64,000 nucleotides of DNA from Mobula hypostoma (taxonomy: Eukaryota), in assembly GCF_963921235.1 (NCBI RefSeq), contig NC_086097.1, forward strand, positions 44,022,001-44,086,000, read 5' to 3'. The position numbers and the translations under genes are program-made. Under the pieces are notes generated by a model. The model was not told where the DNA came from, ran no database searches, and saw nothing but the letters and a program-made list of their open reading frames with translations. The stretch's first letter is position 1. The number at the start of each line of letters is the position of its first letter. This document shows positions 24,865 to 36,410 of the stretch, piece after piece.

Positions 24865-25365
24865 AAATTTGGCAGAGCATCTGTGCTCTCTAAGCTTACT
24901 GTTGCCTTTTACATTATTTCTCCACCCTACTCCCATTCTGATTCATGGTCTCTTGCACCATTCCAAGAGAGCCCATCTTGCACTTAAGGAACAGCACCTC
25001 ATCTTCTGTCAGGGTACATTAAAGCCTTGTAGCCCAATATCAAATTCAAGACCAACCATCTGTAATGTAATATCAGATTTTCTCTCTCCACAGCTTTTAT
25101 TAGCCGGTCATCTTTCTCTTTGTTTAACTGCACCTGTCAACAGTTAATCACCATGCCAACTCTCTACTCACTCTATCTAAGATATTTTCTTTGTCCTACC
25201 CTCTCTTCTGCAGCTTAAGACTAACTTGTTTCCTGTCCTTTCCAGTTTTAATGAAGGCTCATCAGCCTAAAATTTAAACTATTTCTCTTTCTACCTGCTG
25301 TGAGTTTTCAACACTTGTTGCTTTTACTTTAGATTTACAGCATCTTAAGCTTTTTAGATTTTGGA
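24865..25365 (+). mobile_element. Old Penelope-like element 3' fragment
   Basis: LAEHL..IHGLLH..LKEQHLIFCQGTLKP (GIY-YIG C-terminus) followed by a degenerate PLE tail. Confidence 0.75.
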
Positions 25366-25490
25366 AATCAATATCCTATTCCAGATTTTGTACTGAAGTG
25401 ATATCAGTGACTACGTTTACAACATAAAGTAGTATTCATCAAATTGCACCTAAAAATCGGCACACTTGAGTAAGCCTAAAGGTAACTCAC

Positions 25491-25687
25491 TTCTCCTAGA
25501 TCATGTAGGGCTGGATCGCGCTGGACCTGACTTGTCAACTGGAGTTTCTGTATATCCGCACTGGGTCAGAGCTGAAGACCCTCCTTGCTGATCTTCAGAA
25601 GAAGGGTCATCAGTTTTTAGTAATGACGAGCCTTCAGATGGAGTATTGCAGAGATCCCATCTCCAGAATGCCCTGACTAGGCTTTGA
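25491..25687 (-). other. Candidate exon (unconfirmed)
   Basis: Acceptor CTTGTCTTGCTTTGCCTTCAG, donor GAA|GTGAGT; one frame open until a TGA 10 nt before the donor. Confidence 0.3.
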
Positions 25688-25729
25688 CTGAAGGCAAAGC
25701 AAGACAAGATATATAAAATACTCCAACTG

Positions 25730-26040
25730 AAGAAGGATGGATAGTCAGAATGCTTTCATGGTAGGTGTCTCAAAAAGAAGTGAGCATAGGTTGCAAGCAA
25801 GAGGAAGGTGTTTAAAAGGAGATTTGAAGGATTTTCTTTACACAGTGTGGTTGATATCAGGAACATGCTGCTGAGGACTTGATGGAATCAGATCCTTCAC
25901 TACGTTCAAAGGACATTTGCGTAGAAACTTGAATAAAGAAGGTTACAAACCTGATGGGTTAGTGCACATTGGCGAAAAGGTTGGCATGGATATGATGGGC
26001 CGAAGGGCACATTTCCATTCTGTATGACTTTATGGCTCTA
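25730..26040 (+). mobile_element. Old CR1 3' fragment
   Basis: GGGCCGAAGGGCAC..TGTATGACTTTATGGCTCTA CR1 terminal hairpin and tail. Confidence 0.75.
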
Positions 26041-26569
26041 AAGCCGGCAGCAGAGTTCTATCTCCTATTAAAACCACCAATTTGAAAATATTTTGATATG
26101 TCTTAGTAGATTTTAGCAGGTTTTATCTGTTCGTCACATTCAGAAAGATTTAAAATTGATTAAAATTGAAGCAAATGCTTAAAAATTGCAACTTTTAAAA
26201 AGTTAGTTTGAAGTACACAAAACATTATAGTAAAGAAAAATAATTAAAGAAAGAACTAATTACTTCCTAGAATAGAGGCCTAGAATCCTGAGTGAAATCA
26301 ATGGAGTTGCAGTTCAGACACCAGGTGTGAGCTGACATAAAACATGAGTGACCATTCCCCAGTGAAATTTCAGTGAATCCCCGCAAGACTGATTTTCACT
26401 ATTTTACTCTATGTGAGGTTGAGTGTGAAACCGAACCCAAGACTACTGATATGTCAATGTCTAAAAGCAAGATTTCTGCCAATAGTTTCACTCAATATTG
26501 ATGTCACTTTGCACTTTGTACCAGTGATCCTAGACTCATTTAGATCTACAATCTTTATTTTTTGCTGAA

Positions 26570-26745
26570 AGAGTGTATACCTCATTTGGAAGACAGTAAA
26601 TATACAAACTTGGCCACTGTTGCTCTGGAATGTCAGTCAAGGCTCCTATGTTCAAGACACTGGCATGGAACTGGGACCATCTGTTTTTTGCCTCAAACCC
26701 ATTCTAATTCTGGTTTTCATCGAGGCATAGCTGACATGGCTATTT
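26570..26745 (-). mobile_element. Deu-domain SINE relic (SacSINE1/AmnSINE1-like)
   Basis: CTCATTTGGAAGACAG..TGCTCTGGAATGTCAG..TGTTCAAG resembles the recalled reverse complement of the Deu-SINE 5' region; highly diverged. Confidence 0.45.
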
Positions 26746-27846
26746 AATGTTTGCATTCAGATTTGAATCAGATAAATGTGATTAAAATGAAGTGGTTCTA
26801 TAGGAATAGTAACTGCACTGAAAAATAAATGGGATGATCTGAGTCAAGATACATTGGAGATGATGAACAGAAACAGAATAACATGGGCTGCAGCTTTGAT
26901 TGCCAGAAGGTCAGAGTGCAAGTCCCACAACAGGGTGACCACTGGTTTAAAAACATTACACTTCATTTGCTTCATATGTATGGTACACCTGATCGAGTAC
27001 TTAAAAATGGTAGACTCAAATAACTGAGGAAATGGAAATGTTAATCTATTGCACACATGAATTGGACGATAAAGTAAGTAAACCTTTTTCACTGAGTAAA
27101 CAACCATAAACATATGTACTGATAATGTGACATGTTCGTCTTCTGTTGGGCAAGACAATTGTCAGACATACTTGAAACTCCTTCAATCGAAGCAGAGCAA
27201 AGTGGCGTTGAACATCTATGAAGGAGTAAATCTCTGGGTGAGTTTAACTGTGGGGTTTCTGATGAGATGGATAGGTCCAGGTATCTCTAATTGTTATAAG
27301 GTATGAATATTATCTATTCTGGCCTATTTGTCTCTCCACAGATGTGGCCTGAACTGCAGACTTTTTCCAAGGTTCTAACATCTTCAGCAATTTTGCTTTT
27401 CTTGGGTCATGGACTGGATTTAATTATGTGGATTGAAAATTGTGTGTTGAAATGACATTAGCTTCAAGGAGTAAAGAGATCCAAGATATAGTCAAGCTGT
27501 GGGATGTATTGCTGCAGGTAAGCTAGAAATTGTTCAGTCAAGATGATGATGAGCTGCGGTCTCTGTCAAGTTCATAGTTGTTTTGTTAAGTTCATAGGGA
27601 TTGTTTTGGGGGCAGAGAGGGGAGTTAGGAGTCAGGTTAGGGTTTAGGGGCAGGGATGTGGAGGAATTAGTGGTCAGATGGGAATCTGGGCCTCTGTTAG
27701 GGATTAGGGAGAGGGATGTGGGGGAGTTAGTGGTCAGACGGGAGCTTGGGCCTCTTGTTAGGGTTTAGGGACAGGGATGTGCAGGAGTTAGTGGTCAGAC
27801 GGGAGTTTGGGCCTCTGTTAGGGTTTAGGGACAGGGGCGTGGGGAA

Positions 27847-30433
27847 TAGGGAGGCCAGACGGCTGGCTTTTGAACACTCTGTCCTCTGTCCGGCACCACC
27901 TCGAGCCGGATGTTAATTTGTCCTCCTTTTTTGGGTCTGACTAAAAAACTTATATAAATTACCTCAGATATACTTAAAACAGTGGGAACTGAAAGCTGTA
28001 ACAACCATTAACGTATTTTTATTATATGTCGTTGCCATTGTCAATACTGCTGATGAGCCGCAGTGTACGAGTCACGTCAGCACGTCCAAGAGGGTCAGTC
28101 TGCCCAAGGCTGTCGCCTGCAGTGGAGAGTCGTTGACTTTTTTGTTCTTGTTTCAAGCCCCTAAAGAAATGTTGAAAAGAAAGACTATATTTAGCCATGA
28201 ATGGGCTAAAGAATTCGGATTTATTGCTAAAAGCAGAAAAGGTAACTTTCATGTTTTTTGTACACTACGCCGTTGTGATGTGGAGATTGGCAGTAAAGGA
28301 AAAAGTGCAGTTGAACAACACGCTACCACAGATAAACGTAAAGTTAACACTCGTACTGCTGGCACGTCATCATTGTTATCATTTTTCTCCCCAGCGCGAT
28401 CAACTCAAGATGACAAAATCTTGACTGCAGAACTTTGTAAAGTGTATCATGCTTGAAGCATCATCAGTCACACAGAAGTGTTGATTGTGGAGTAAAAGTT
28501 GACAAAGATATATACGGTGACTCATTGATAGTGGAAAGTGTAACATGTGGGAAAACTAAAGCAAAAGCTGTGTGTGAAAATATTCTAGCACTGTATTCTG
28601 TACAAAAGCATGTGGAGTCTATCAAAGAACATGGCTTGCCCTTTTCAGTAGCAACTGATGCTTCAAACAAAGGTGCAACAAAGCATTTGCCAATACTTCT
28701 GCGATACTTTCATTTTGAGAAGGGAATGCAACATGTGTTACTTGACATTTACAGTGGTAACAATGAACCATCAGAGGACATAACAAATCAGCTACTGGTT
28801 AAAGCAGAGACGTCAGGTTTGGATCTGAATGAAGTGTCTGCATACACTGCTGACAGTGCAAGTGTAAACTATGGAAAACACAACAGTGTTTATTAAACTG
28901 AAAATGGCTCAAAAGAACATTGTTACTGCAAACTGTCTGGCCCATATTTTGTACAATGCATCAAGATTTGCTACAGGAAAACTGGAAATTGATGTTGAAA
29001 ATATTGTGCTCAAAGTGTACAACCATCTCAGCTAAAAGAACAGCACAGTTAAAGGAATTCTGTGAATTTGTGGATGTTGATCATTGTAATCTGTTACGGC
29101 ACGTTGTGACTAGATGGCTCTCTCTTTTGCCATCTATTGACAGGATACTTAAGTGCTGGGAAGTCCTAAAAAGTTATTTTTCAGAGTCTAGGTGAGGAGG
29201 AGTGCCCCAAGGTACCGTGGAAGGTTTGGAGATGAAGGAAATGCCTGTAAATCATCAGAGATCTATTTCTTCTTCATCAGTCACACTCTTAAATCGTTCT
29301 CAGACACTATTGAAGCACTGGAAGCCAAGTCATTCAGCATAATTTCAGTATTTAAACTAATGGCTGAACAGAAAAGCAAACTTGAGAGAAGAGTAAAGGA
29401 CTGTTTTTTTGGCTTTGCAGTGAACACCAAGCTTAGCCAGCTTACCCCTGATGTGTCTAACAAAAGCGAAGCAGACTTCATTGTTTTCTATGGAAGAGTC
29501 ATAAAGTACTTAAGTGACAGGTATGACTTCTCTGAAAACAGCTTTCATAACAATGTGTCAGCATTGAGCCTAACAAGTGCCATACCTTTTGGAGAATTCT
29601 GTGATGCAGTCAAGGCCTGTAACCTTCAAGATATTGATATAGATGAATTATATGAAGAGTATGGGATTGTGGAGGCAATTATCAATACTCCTGAGATGGT
29701 AGATAGCCATAGTGAAGAACGTTATCTCAAGCTGTTCAGTAAATCTGAGGTCTCTTTTACAAACCTGAAGCAGCTGAGTGCTTATATCTTCTCTATTCCA
29801 TGCAGCAATACTCACACAGAACGAGTTTTTTTAATGATGACCTCAGCTTGGAGAAACGAGAGAAACCATCTGCAAGTGGACTCAGTCAAAGCAGAGCTCC
29901 AAATATGTAACAACTTCTCAGAAGAGTAGCCAGCCATGTACAAAAAACTCCTGGAGATGGCAAGTAAAGGGCAGAAATACAAAAAATAGACATCCATACC
30001 TGGCAGTCCATGGTAGGCCTAAGTAGGCTACTTCTTTTAGTTTGTCAAGTAAGTTAATTTGGTTAGCATATCTGCTTCAGCAGAGGTAAAAATGAATATT
30101 CATTTCTTTATTTATACTGTATGAACACATGTATGTAATATGCAGAATGATGAATCATTGAATAGGAAAAAGGGCTCTGGCAGAAAATCACTGATTAATG
30201 ATGAAATTGCTAGGTTTTTGCTGGATTTACATAGGCAAAAAAAGTATCATGTTAGAATTTTTATTTAATAAAATAACTAAAGTGATCATCTGTTTGCATT
30301 TGTTGTTTTTGCAATACGGTTTAAATTTTATTAAAAAAAAATAAATTATTTTGAAACGCATTGTATATATATGGTAACCTATGACCACGTATGCAATGTC
30401 CTCCTTTTTGGAAATTTGGAAATGGCCACCCTA
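27847..30433 (+). mobile_element. hAT DNA transposon (Blackjack-like termini), apparently full length but inactive
   Basis: TIR TAGGGAGGCCA / TGGCCACCCTA; TSD GTGGGGAA (27839-27846) / GTGGGGGA (30434-30441); subterminal TGTCCTC repeats. Confidence 0.93.
28169..29929 (+). pseudogene. hAT transposase pseudogene
   Basis: N-terminal Zn-finger-like region, FSVATDAS (D1), AYTADSASVNYG (D2), CLAH, TRWLSL, SIPCSNTHTERVF (E); split over four frames. Confidence 0.9.
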
Positions 30434-31654
30434 GTGGGGGAGTTAGTGGTCAGATAGGAGTCTGAGCCTCTGTTACGGTTTAGAGACAGGGATGTGGGGA
30501 GTTAGTGGTCAGACGGGAGTCTGGGCCTCTGCTCCGCACTCTATGGTCGAAGGCCAGTGACGTGGATGTGTGCTGAGGGACATCTGGAGTTTTGCCTGTG
30601 TTCTATGTTGTTCTGCAGAGCACCGTGGACAAGGTATGTTGGCACAAGAACGTGTGGTGACTTGCAACTTCCCTCCAGTACATCCTTAGGATGCGTTGGG
30701 TGCTATTGCAAACAATGCATTTCAGTGTAGGTGTCAATGTACAAGAGATAGATAAAATAATCTCACTCTGAATCTTTGGTCAGTGCAGGTGAAGGTTGCA
30801 AGATTAAGAGATTGTTAAAAGTTTAACTGGTGTGGAGACAAAGGATGTGGTGGTAAATACTTTTTTGAAAGATCAGGTAGTTGAGACTGTGTAGACCTGA
30901 CACAGAAGCAGAGCTCAGAGTAGCCAGGACAATATTGAATGAAGGGACAGGTTAGAGATGTTAAATGGCAGTCCTGCGTCTATTTTACTGTGTTGTTGTG
31001 ATTGAGATTATTTGATAAAAGAAGACTATATTGCCGTGTGGAGACACTTCAAACATTGTGATCAAAGATATTGATGCCCAATTTGACAAAAGTCTAGAGT
31101 CTGCAGGAAGTCAGGATCGTGAATACAGAGTGAAAACAGAGGCACAAAGCTGATGTGCCTTAAAATAAACAGGTAGAAATTGTGAATTGAGTTAATTGTT
31201 TCTACTACTATATCCAATATCATGTATAGTTAATTGTTGAATAATACAAGCTCGAGTTAAGTTTAATATTAAGGGATGATGTTTAGAGAACAAGGAATAC
31301 AAAGTATTGATAATTAAGCATTCTTATGGAGACAGCAATGATAAGATAACAATTGTAAGACAAGATGTGCATTCACTTGTATAGGAAGTGATCTGGAGAG
31401 GTGATATAGTCGTATTATCAGTACATGGAGTGGGAACTTCAGAAATGTTAGGTTCAGGCAATGAATAAAGAATGTTGTAGTTGAGAAGATTAAGAGACGT
31501 GGGTAGTTAAATTTATATCTACGCTAAATTAGTTAATTACTTACATATATGAATTATATAATAAACTGACAGTACAAAGCTAAGTATGTAAACAGATGAT
31601 GGTTAGCAGTTTTACAAGGGGAAACATTATAGAGAACATGAATATGTCTTTAAG

Positions 31655-33490
31655 AATTGGTAAATTCATTTATTATTGTCACATGTAACAAGGTACAGTG
31701 AAAAACTAATCTTGCACACCATTCATACAAATCAACCCATTACAACAGTGTACTGAGGTAGTACAAAGTTAACCAACAAGAGAGCAGAAGTGTTACAGAG
31801 AAAGTGCAGTGCAGGTGAACAATAAGGTGCAAGGTCACAATGAGGTCGATTGTGAGGCTAAGTATCCCTCTTATTGTACTGTGGGAACAGTTAATAATCT
31901 TATAACAGGTGGATGGAATCTGGCTTTGATTCTGGGGGTACACATTATCAGTCTTTAGTACCTTCTGCCCTTGGGAGTGGGTGGAAGAGAGTATGTCCCG
32001 AGTGGACGGGATCTTCGATTACAACCATATAACAATTACAGCAAGGAAACAGGGCATCTCGGCCCTTCTAGTCCGTGCTGAGCTCTTACTCTCACCTAGT
32101 CCCACCGATCTGCACTCAGCCCATAACCCTCCATTCCTTTCCTGTCCATATATCTACCCAATTTAACTTTAAAAGACAACATCGAACCTGCCGCAACCAC
32201 TTCGGCTGGAAGCTCGTTCCACACAGCTACCACTCTCTGAGTAAAGAAGTTCCCCCTCATGTTACCCCTAAACTTTTGCCCTTTAACTCTCAACTCATGT
32301 CTTCTTGTTTGAATCTCCTCCATTCTCAATGGAAAAAGCCTATCCACGTCAACTCTATCTATCCCCCTCATAATTTTAAATACCTCTCTCAAGTCCCCCC
32401 TCAACCTTCTACACTCCAAAGAATAAAGACCTAAAACTTGGTCAACCTTTCTCTGTAACTTAGGAGATGAAACCCAGGCAACATTTTAGTAAACCTCCTC
32501 TGTACTCTCTCGATTTTAATGACATCTTTCCTATAATTCGGTGACCAGAACTGTACACAATACTCCAAATTTGGCCTTACCAATGCCTTATACAATTTCA
32601 ACATTACATCCCAACTCCTATACTCAATGCTTTGATTAATAAAGGCCAGCATACCAAAAGCTTTCTTCACCACCCTATCCACATGAGATTCCACCTTCAG
32701 GGAACTATGCACAATTATTCCTAGATCCCTCTGTTCTACAGCATTCTTCAATGCCCTACCATTTACCATGTATGTCCTATTTTGATTAGTCCTACCAAAA
32801 TGTGGCACCTCACATTTTTCAGCATTAAACTCCATCTGCCATCTTTCAGCCCACTCTTCTAACTGGCCTAAATCTCTCTGCAAGCTTCGATTGTGCCAGC
32901 TGCTTTACCAAGCAGCGAGACATGTTGGCAATCCATGGGGCGGGGGGGGGGGTGGTGGGGTGCTGGTTTATGCGATGCACTGAGCTGTGTCCACAACTCT
33001 CTGTCGTTTCTTCTGGTCAGGGCCAGAATAGTTGCCACACCACCCGTGGTCCATCTATGCTTCCCATGGTGCTTTGATAAAAATTGGTGAGGCTTGAAGA
33101 GGAGATGTCAAATTTCTTTAGCCTCCTCAGGAAGCAGTGATGCCCTGTGAGCTTCTGCTGATGTTCACTCCTCGGGACATGAAGTGCACAACCCTCTTGA
33201 CCTTGGCACTGTTGACGTAAACAGGAACATGTGCACCACCCCCTCCCCCTTTCCTGAGGTCAATGACCAGCTGTTTTGTTTTGCTGGTATTGACGGAAAG
33301 GTTGTTGTCATGTCACCACGTCATTAAGCTCTCGTTCTCCATGTACTCCGACTCACCGCTATTTGAGATGTCGCCGATTATGGTGATACCGTCTGTGAAC
33401 CTGTAGATGAAATTAGAGAGGATCTGGCCATGCAGTTGTGAATTTATAGGGAGTGCAGTCAGAAGATAAGGACACAGCCTTGTGGGACCC
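31655..33490 (-). mobile_element. Old Rex1/Babar LINE split by CR1
   Basis: Reverse tail TTTATTATTGTCACATGT at about 31668; PQGCVL-type RT motif at about 33470-33486. Confidence 0.8.
32021..32884 (-). mobile_element. CR1 LINE 3' fragment with 8-bp TSD
   Basis: ORFs 32431-32883 and 32096-32419; CTTCGATT at 32013-32020 and 32885-32892. Confidence 0.95.
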
Positions 33491-34493
33491 ACACCATCAG
33501 GTCACGTGGTATGACTTGTTATTCTCACCACTGAGTTATGAGCCTTTAATAAAAGTTGTTTTGTCAATAGCTTGTATCTGCTTTCTTTGCCTTATTTAAC
33601 TGCAACGCTGAGGAGCCTACAGATGCCAAACCAACTTTTCTGTCCTACACTTTTTATAAAATCCAGTGTTCCCAGCATGTTATAAATCAAAACAGCACCG
33701 AACAGCTAGAGATTCCAGCAAAACAAGGTAATTGACCTATAAAGGACGTGAGACAGCTAATCATTCCAGGCCAGCTTTTGTCTATTAACTTTATATGGAA
33801 ACACTAAAGGATTGTTTGCTATTTACTGCCAATAGATACGTTTTATGAAACAATTTAAATTGCTTGCTCAGTTTGCGTTCCTCAAAAATGTCGAAAACAA
33901 GACAATGTGCCTTGCGTGGTTTGCTACATTACTGAATAATTGTGCCAGATGGTATACAAATGCAGAGGGTTTATGTCCTGATTTAACCTACTGCACCTTT
34001 TAAGGCACACAAGCTTTTTAACAATTAAGGGTGATCAACGTCCATAAAACCATAAGATATAGGAGCAGAATTAGGCCATTTGACCTATACAATCTGCACT
34101 GCTATTTTCCCTCTTAGCCCCAATCTCCTGCCTTTGCCCCCCCGTATCCCTTCATGCCCTGACTAATCAAGAATCCAATAACCTCTTTATATATACTTAA
34201 GGACCTGGCATTCACAGCTGCTCGAGGCAATAAATTCCACAGATTCACCACCATCTAGCTAAAGAAATTCCTCCTCATTTCCATTCTAAAAGGATGCCCT
34301 TTTCATTCTGAGGCTGTGTCCTCCGATCCTAAGCTCTCCCACCATAGGAAACATCCTCTCCACATCCACTCTTTCGAGGCCTTTCAACATTTGATAGATT
34401 TCAATGTGGTCACCCCTCATTCTTCTGTATTCCAGTGCGTACAGATACAGAGCCACCAACCTTCCTTCATTTGATAAGTCTTTCAATCACAGA

Positions 34494-35759
34494 GTGGAAC
34501 ACTGATCATGAAGCTCTTCCTTGACTGTAGGCGGCTGGGTGTAGGTGTATGACCATGTAGAGGGTGCCTCTCATCTGGTGTTTGACGGAGTTGTTCTTTC
34601 CTGCCGGCTACCGTTCTTCTTATATCGGGGTAGCGATACCCGCCTGGATATATAGGCTGTTGGTGTTTGTTGGTTTTAAACAGCCTGTGATAAGTCAGCA
34701 GCTTGCTTTCAGAACGGCATCCATCTTCTTAGCACGAGTAGATCTTTCTCATGCAGGGCAGGCATCTTCGGCAGTGGAATAGCAAAGAGCAAATGCACTG
34801 GTTCGCAATGTTTTCGAGCTTGCTCCCCATTTTGTGTTAGTGAGCTTATTCAGGATGTTGTTTCGTGCGCCCACTTTTGTCTTTGTCTTATTGATGTGGT
34901 TCTTGAAAGTGAGGCATCTGTAGAGGGTGACTCCCAAGTAGATAGGGTGCTCGCAATGCGTCAGCGTTGCTCCACACCAGGTTACTTTAAGCTGTCATTT
35001 GGCTTCACGGTTCCCGAGGTGGAATGCACAAACTTGCGTCTTTGATGGGTTTGCGCGGAGGTGGTTTTCTTCATAGTAGGATGTTAATCCCTCCAAGGCC
35101 TCAGAAAGCGTTTTCTCCATGGTGTTAAAATCAGTGCTTTGGGCAGTGATGCACAAGTCATCAGCATATATAAAACAGCGTGTGACATCATCTATAGGTT
35201 GGTCATTTGGGGTAGAGGAGGTATAATTTGTCCATCAGTGCTGACCTCCCCATCCTTGACTAGGCTGTTCCAGCGTGAACATGATCTGTTATGAGTCAAC
35301 ATGATGCTTTCAGATCAGGTCATGCATAGCACGTACCTCTGCCGCACTGCTCAGGTGTGTTTCCGGGGTACGGGGCTAGCGACTCTTCTGCCTGTTCTAT
35401 GTACTTGATATATGATTTTTTTGTGTTCTATCGCTAAGCAGCAGTGAACCATCTGACTGGCCTATCAGAGTTCTCTTTGGGAACTAGTTGACTTGATCAG
35501 CAGTTCTGATCTGGCTATTGTTCACGATTGCACTTAATAAAAAAAAATTGTGTAGATGTTGTACAGCAGCAGTGCAACCAGCCCGACAACTTGTGAATGT
35601 GGAACTGAGCCACAAACTATGGAACATCTCCTGCAATGCCCATCGCTAGAGGAACCCTGTACTGTTGCAGATCTTGCCGAATTCAACAACAAGGAACAAA
35701 AATGTGTCCAGTTCTGGCTGGGCCAAGTATAGACTGTCCGTGGACACGAGAGGAAGAAG
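34494..35759 (+). mobile_element. Vingi/Ingi-clade LINE with inverted 5' segment
   Basis: Minus segment: LLYNIYT|NDQP, IYADDLCI, LGVTL..ARNNILNKLTNTKWGA..LCYSTAE. Plus segment: CECGTEPQTMEHLLQC knuckle and GGACACGAGAGGAAGAAG tail. TSD ATCACAGA (34486-34493, 35760-35767). Confidence 0.88.
35210..35547 (+). mobile_element. Poly(A)-tailed retroposed insert of unknown origin
   Basis: Ends TTAATAAAAAAAAA; flanked by TTG; cleanly interrupts the Vingi RT motif. Confidence 0.75.
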
Positions 35760-35895
35760 ATCACAGAATTATTTTTGTGAATCTCCTTCGAACCCTCTCC
35801 AAGGTGAGCACATACTTTCTTAGATAAGGGGCCCAAAACTGCACACAATATTCCAAGTGAAGTCTCACCAGTACTTTACAAAGCTTCAACAATCC

Positions 35896-36010
35896 ACAAG
35901 TATTGCCATGCTTCCAGCACCAACATAGCATACCCACTACTCACTAATCCCTACCTGAATTGCGGAGGAAACCAGAGAAACCCCACAAAGTCATGGGGAG
36001 AATCTGCTCA
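35896..36010 (-). mobile_element. V-domain SINE fragment
   Basis: GGAGGAAACCAGAG..ACCCCAC..GTCATGGGGAGAA plus CCAGCACCAACATAGCAT, the reverse complement of parts of 46500-47215. Confidence 0.6.
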
Positions 36011-36314
36011 AAATTACTAATACTGTATTAATTGTTGAAAACCACAATGAAAAATGTAAAGTAACTTTATTTCTAAATAGTATTGTAATTGTATCTCATG
36101 CAGTATATAACATAAGAAATGTAAATGTGAAATTATAAGCATGTATTATCACCGAATTTCAAACACCAGAAGAAAAAATATAAGCAGAGAGAAGCTAGTG
36201 CCAACTGGCCCAACCGGTTACTATTCAAATACTGATGTGACACCAGGTGTGCGAGGATTTCAAAACGTATTGTCCAACATCATGTGTTCTCGTAACCATT
36301 TGACTGGCACCAAG

Positions 36315-36410
36315 CCAGTCGGGAAGGGTTCCAGCCCGAAAGGTTGATTGATTGTTTCCACGGATGCTGCCCGACCCGCCGAGTTCCTCCAGCACGTTGT
36401 GCGTGTTGCT
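36315..36410 (+). mobile_element. Penelope-like tail stub
   Basis: Near-identical to the reverse complement of 37890-37980. Confidence 0.85.

Larger units (their letters stand above)
27600..30530 (+). repeat. 60-61 bp minisatellite (27600-27846 + 30434-30530) split by a hAT transposon
   Basis: Unit about AGGGATGTGGGGGAGTTAGTGGTCAGACGGGAGTCTGGGCCTCTGTTAGGGTTTAGGGAC; roughly six copies in total. Confidence 0.9.
34043..35895 (-). mobile_element. CR1 3' fragment (34043-34493 + 35760-35895) split by Vingi
   Basis: CCATAAGA tail; ORF 34286-34486 RRMRGDHIEIY; resumes after the ATCACAGA duplication. Confidence 0.88.

Noticed and set aside
27600..27846. Telomere or interstitial telomeric array
   Set aside because: TTAGGG occurs only once or twice per 60-bp unit, not as a pure hexamer array.
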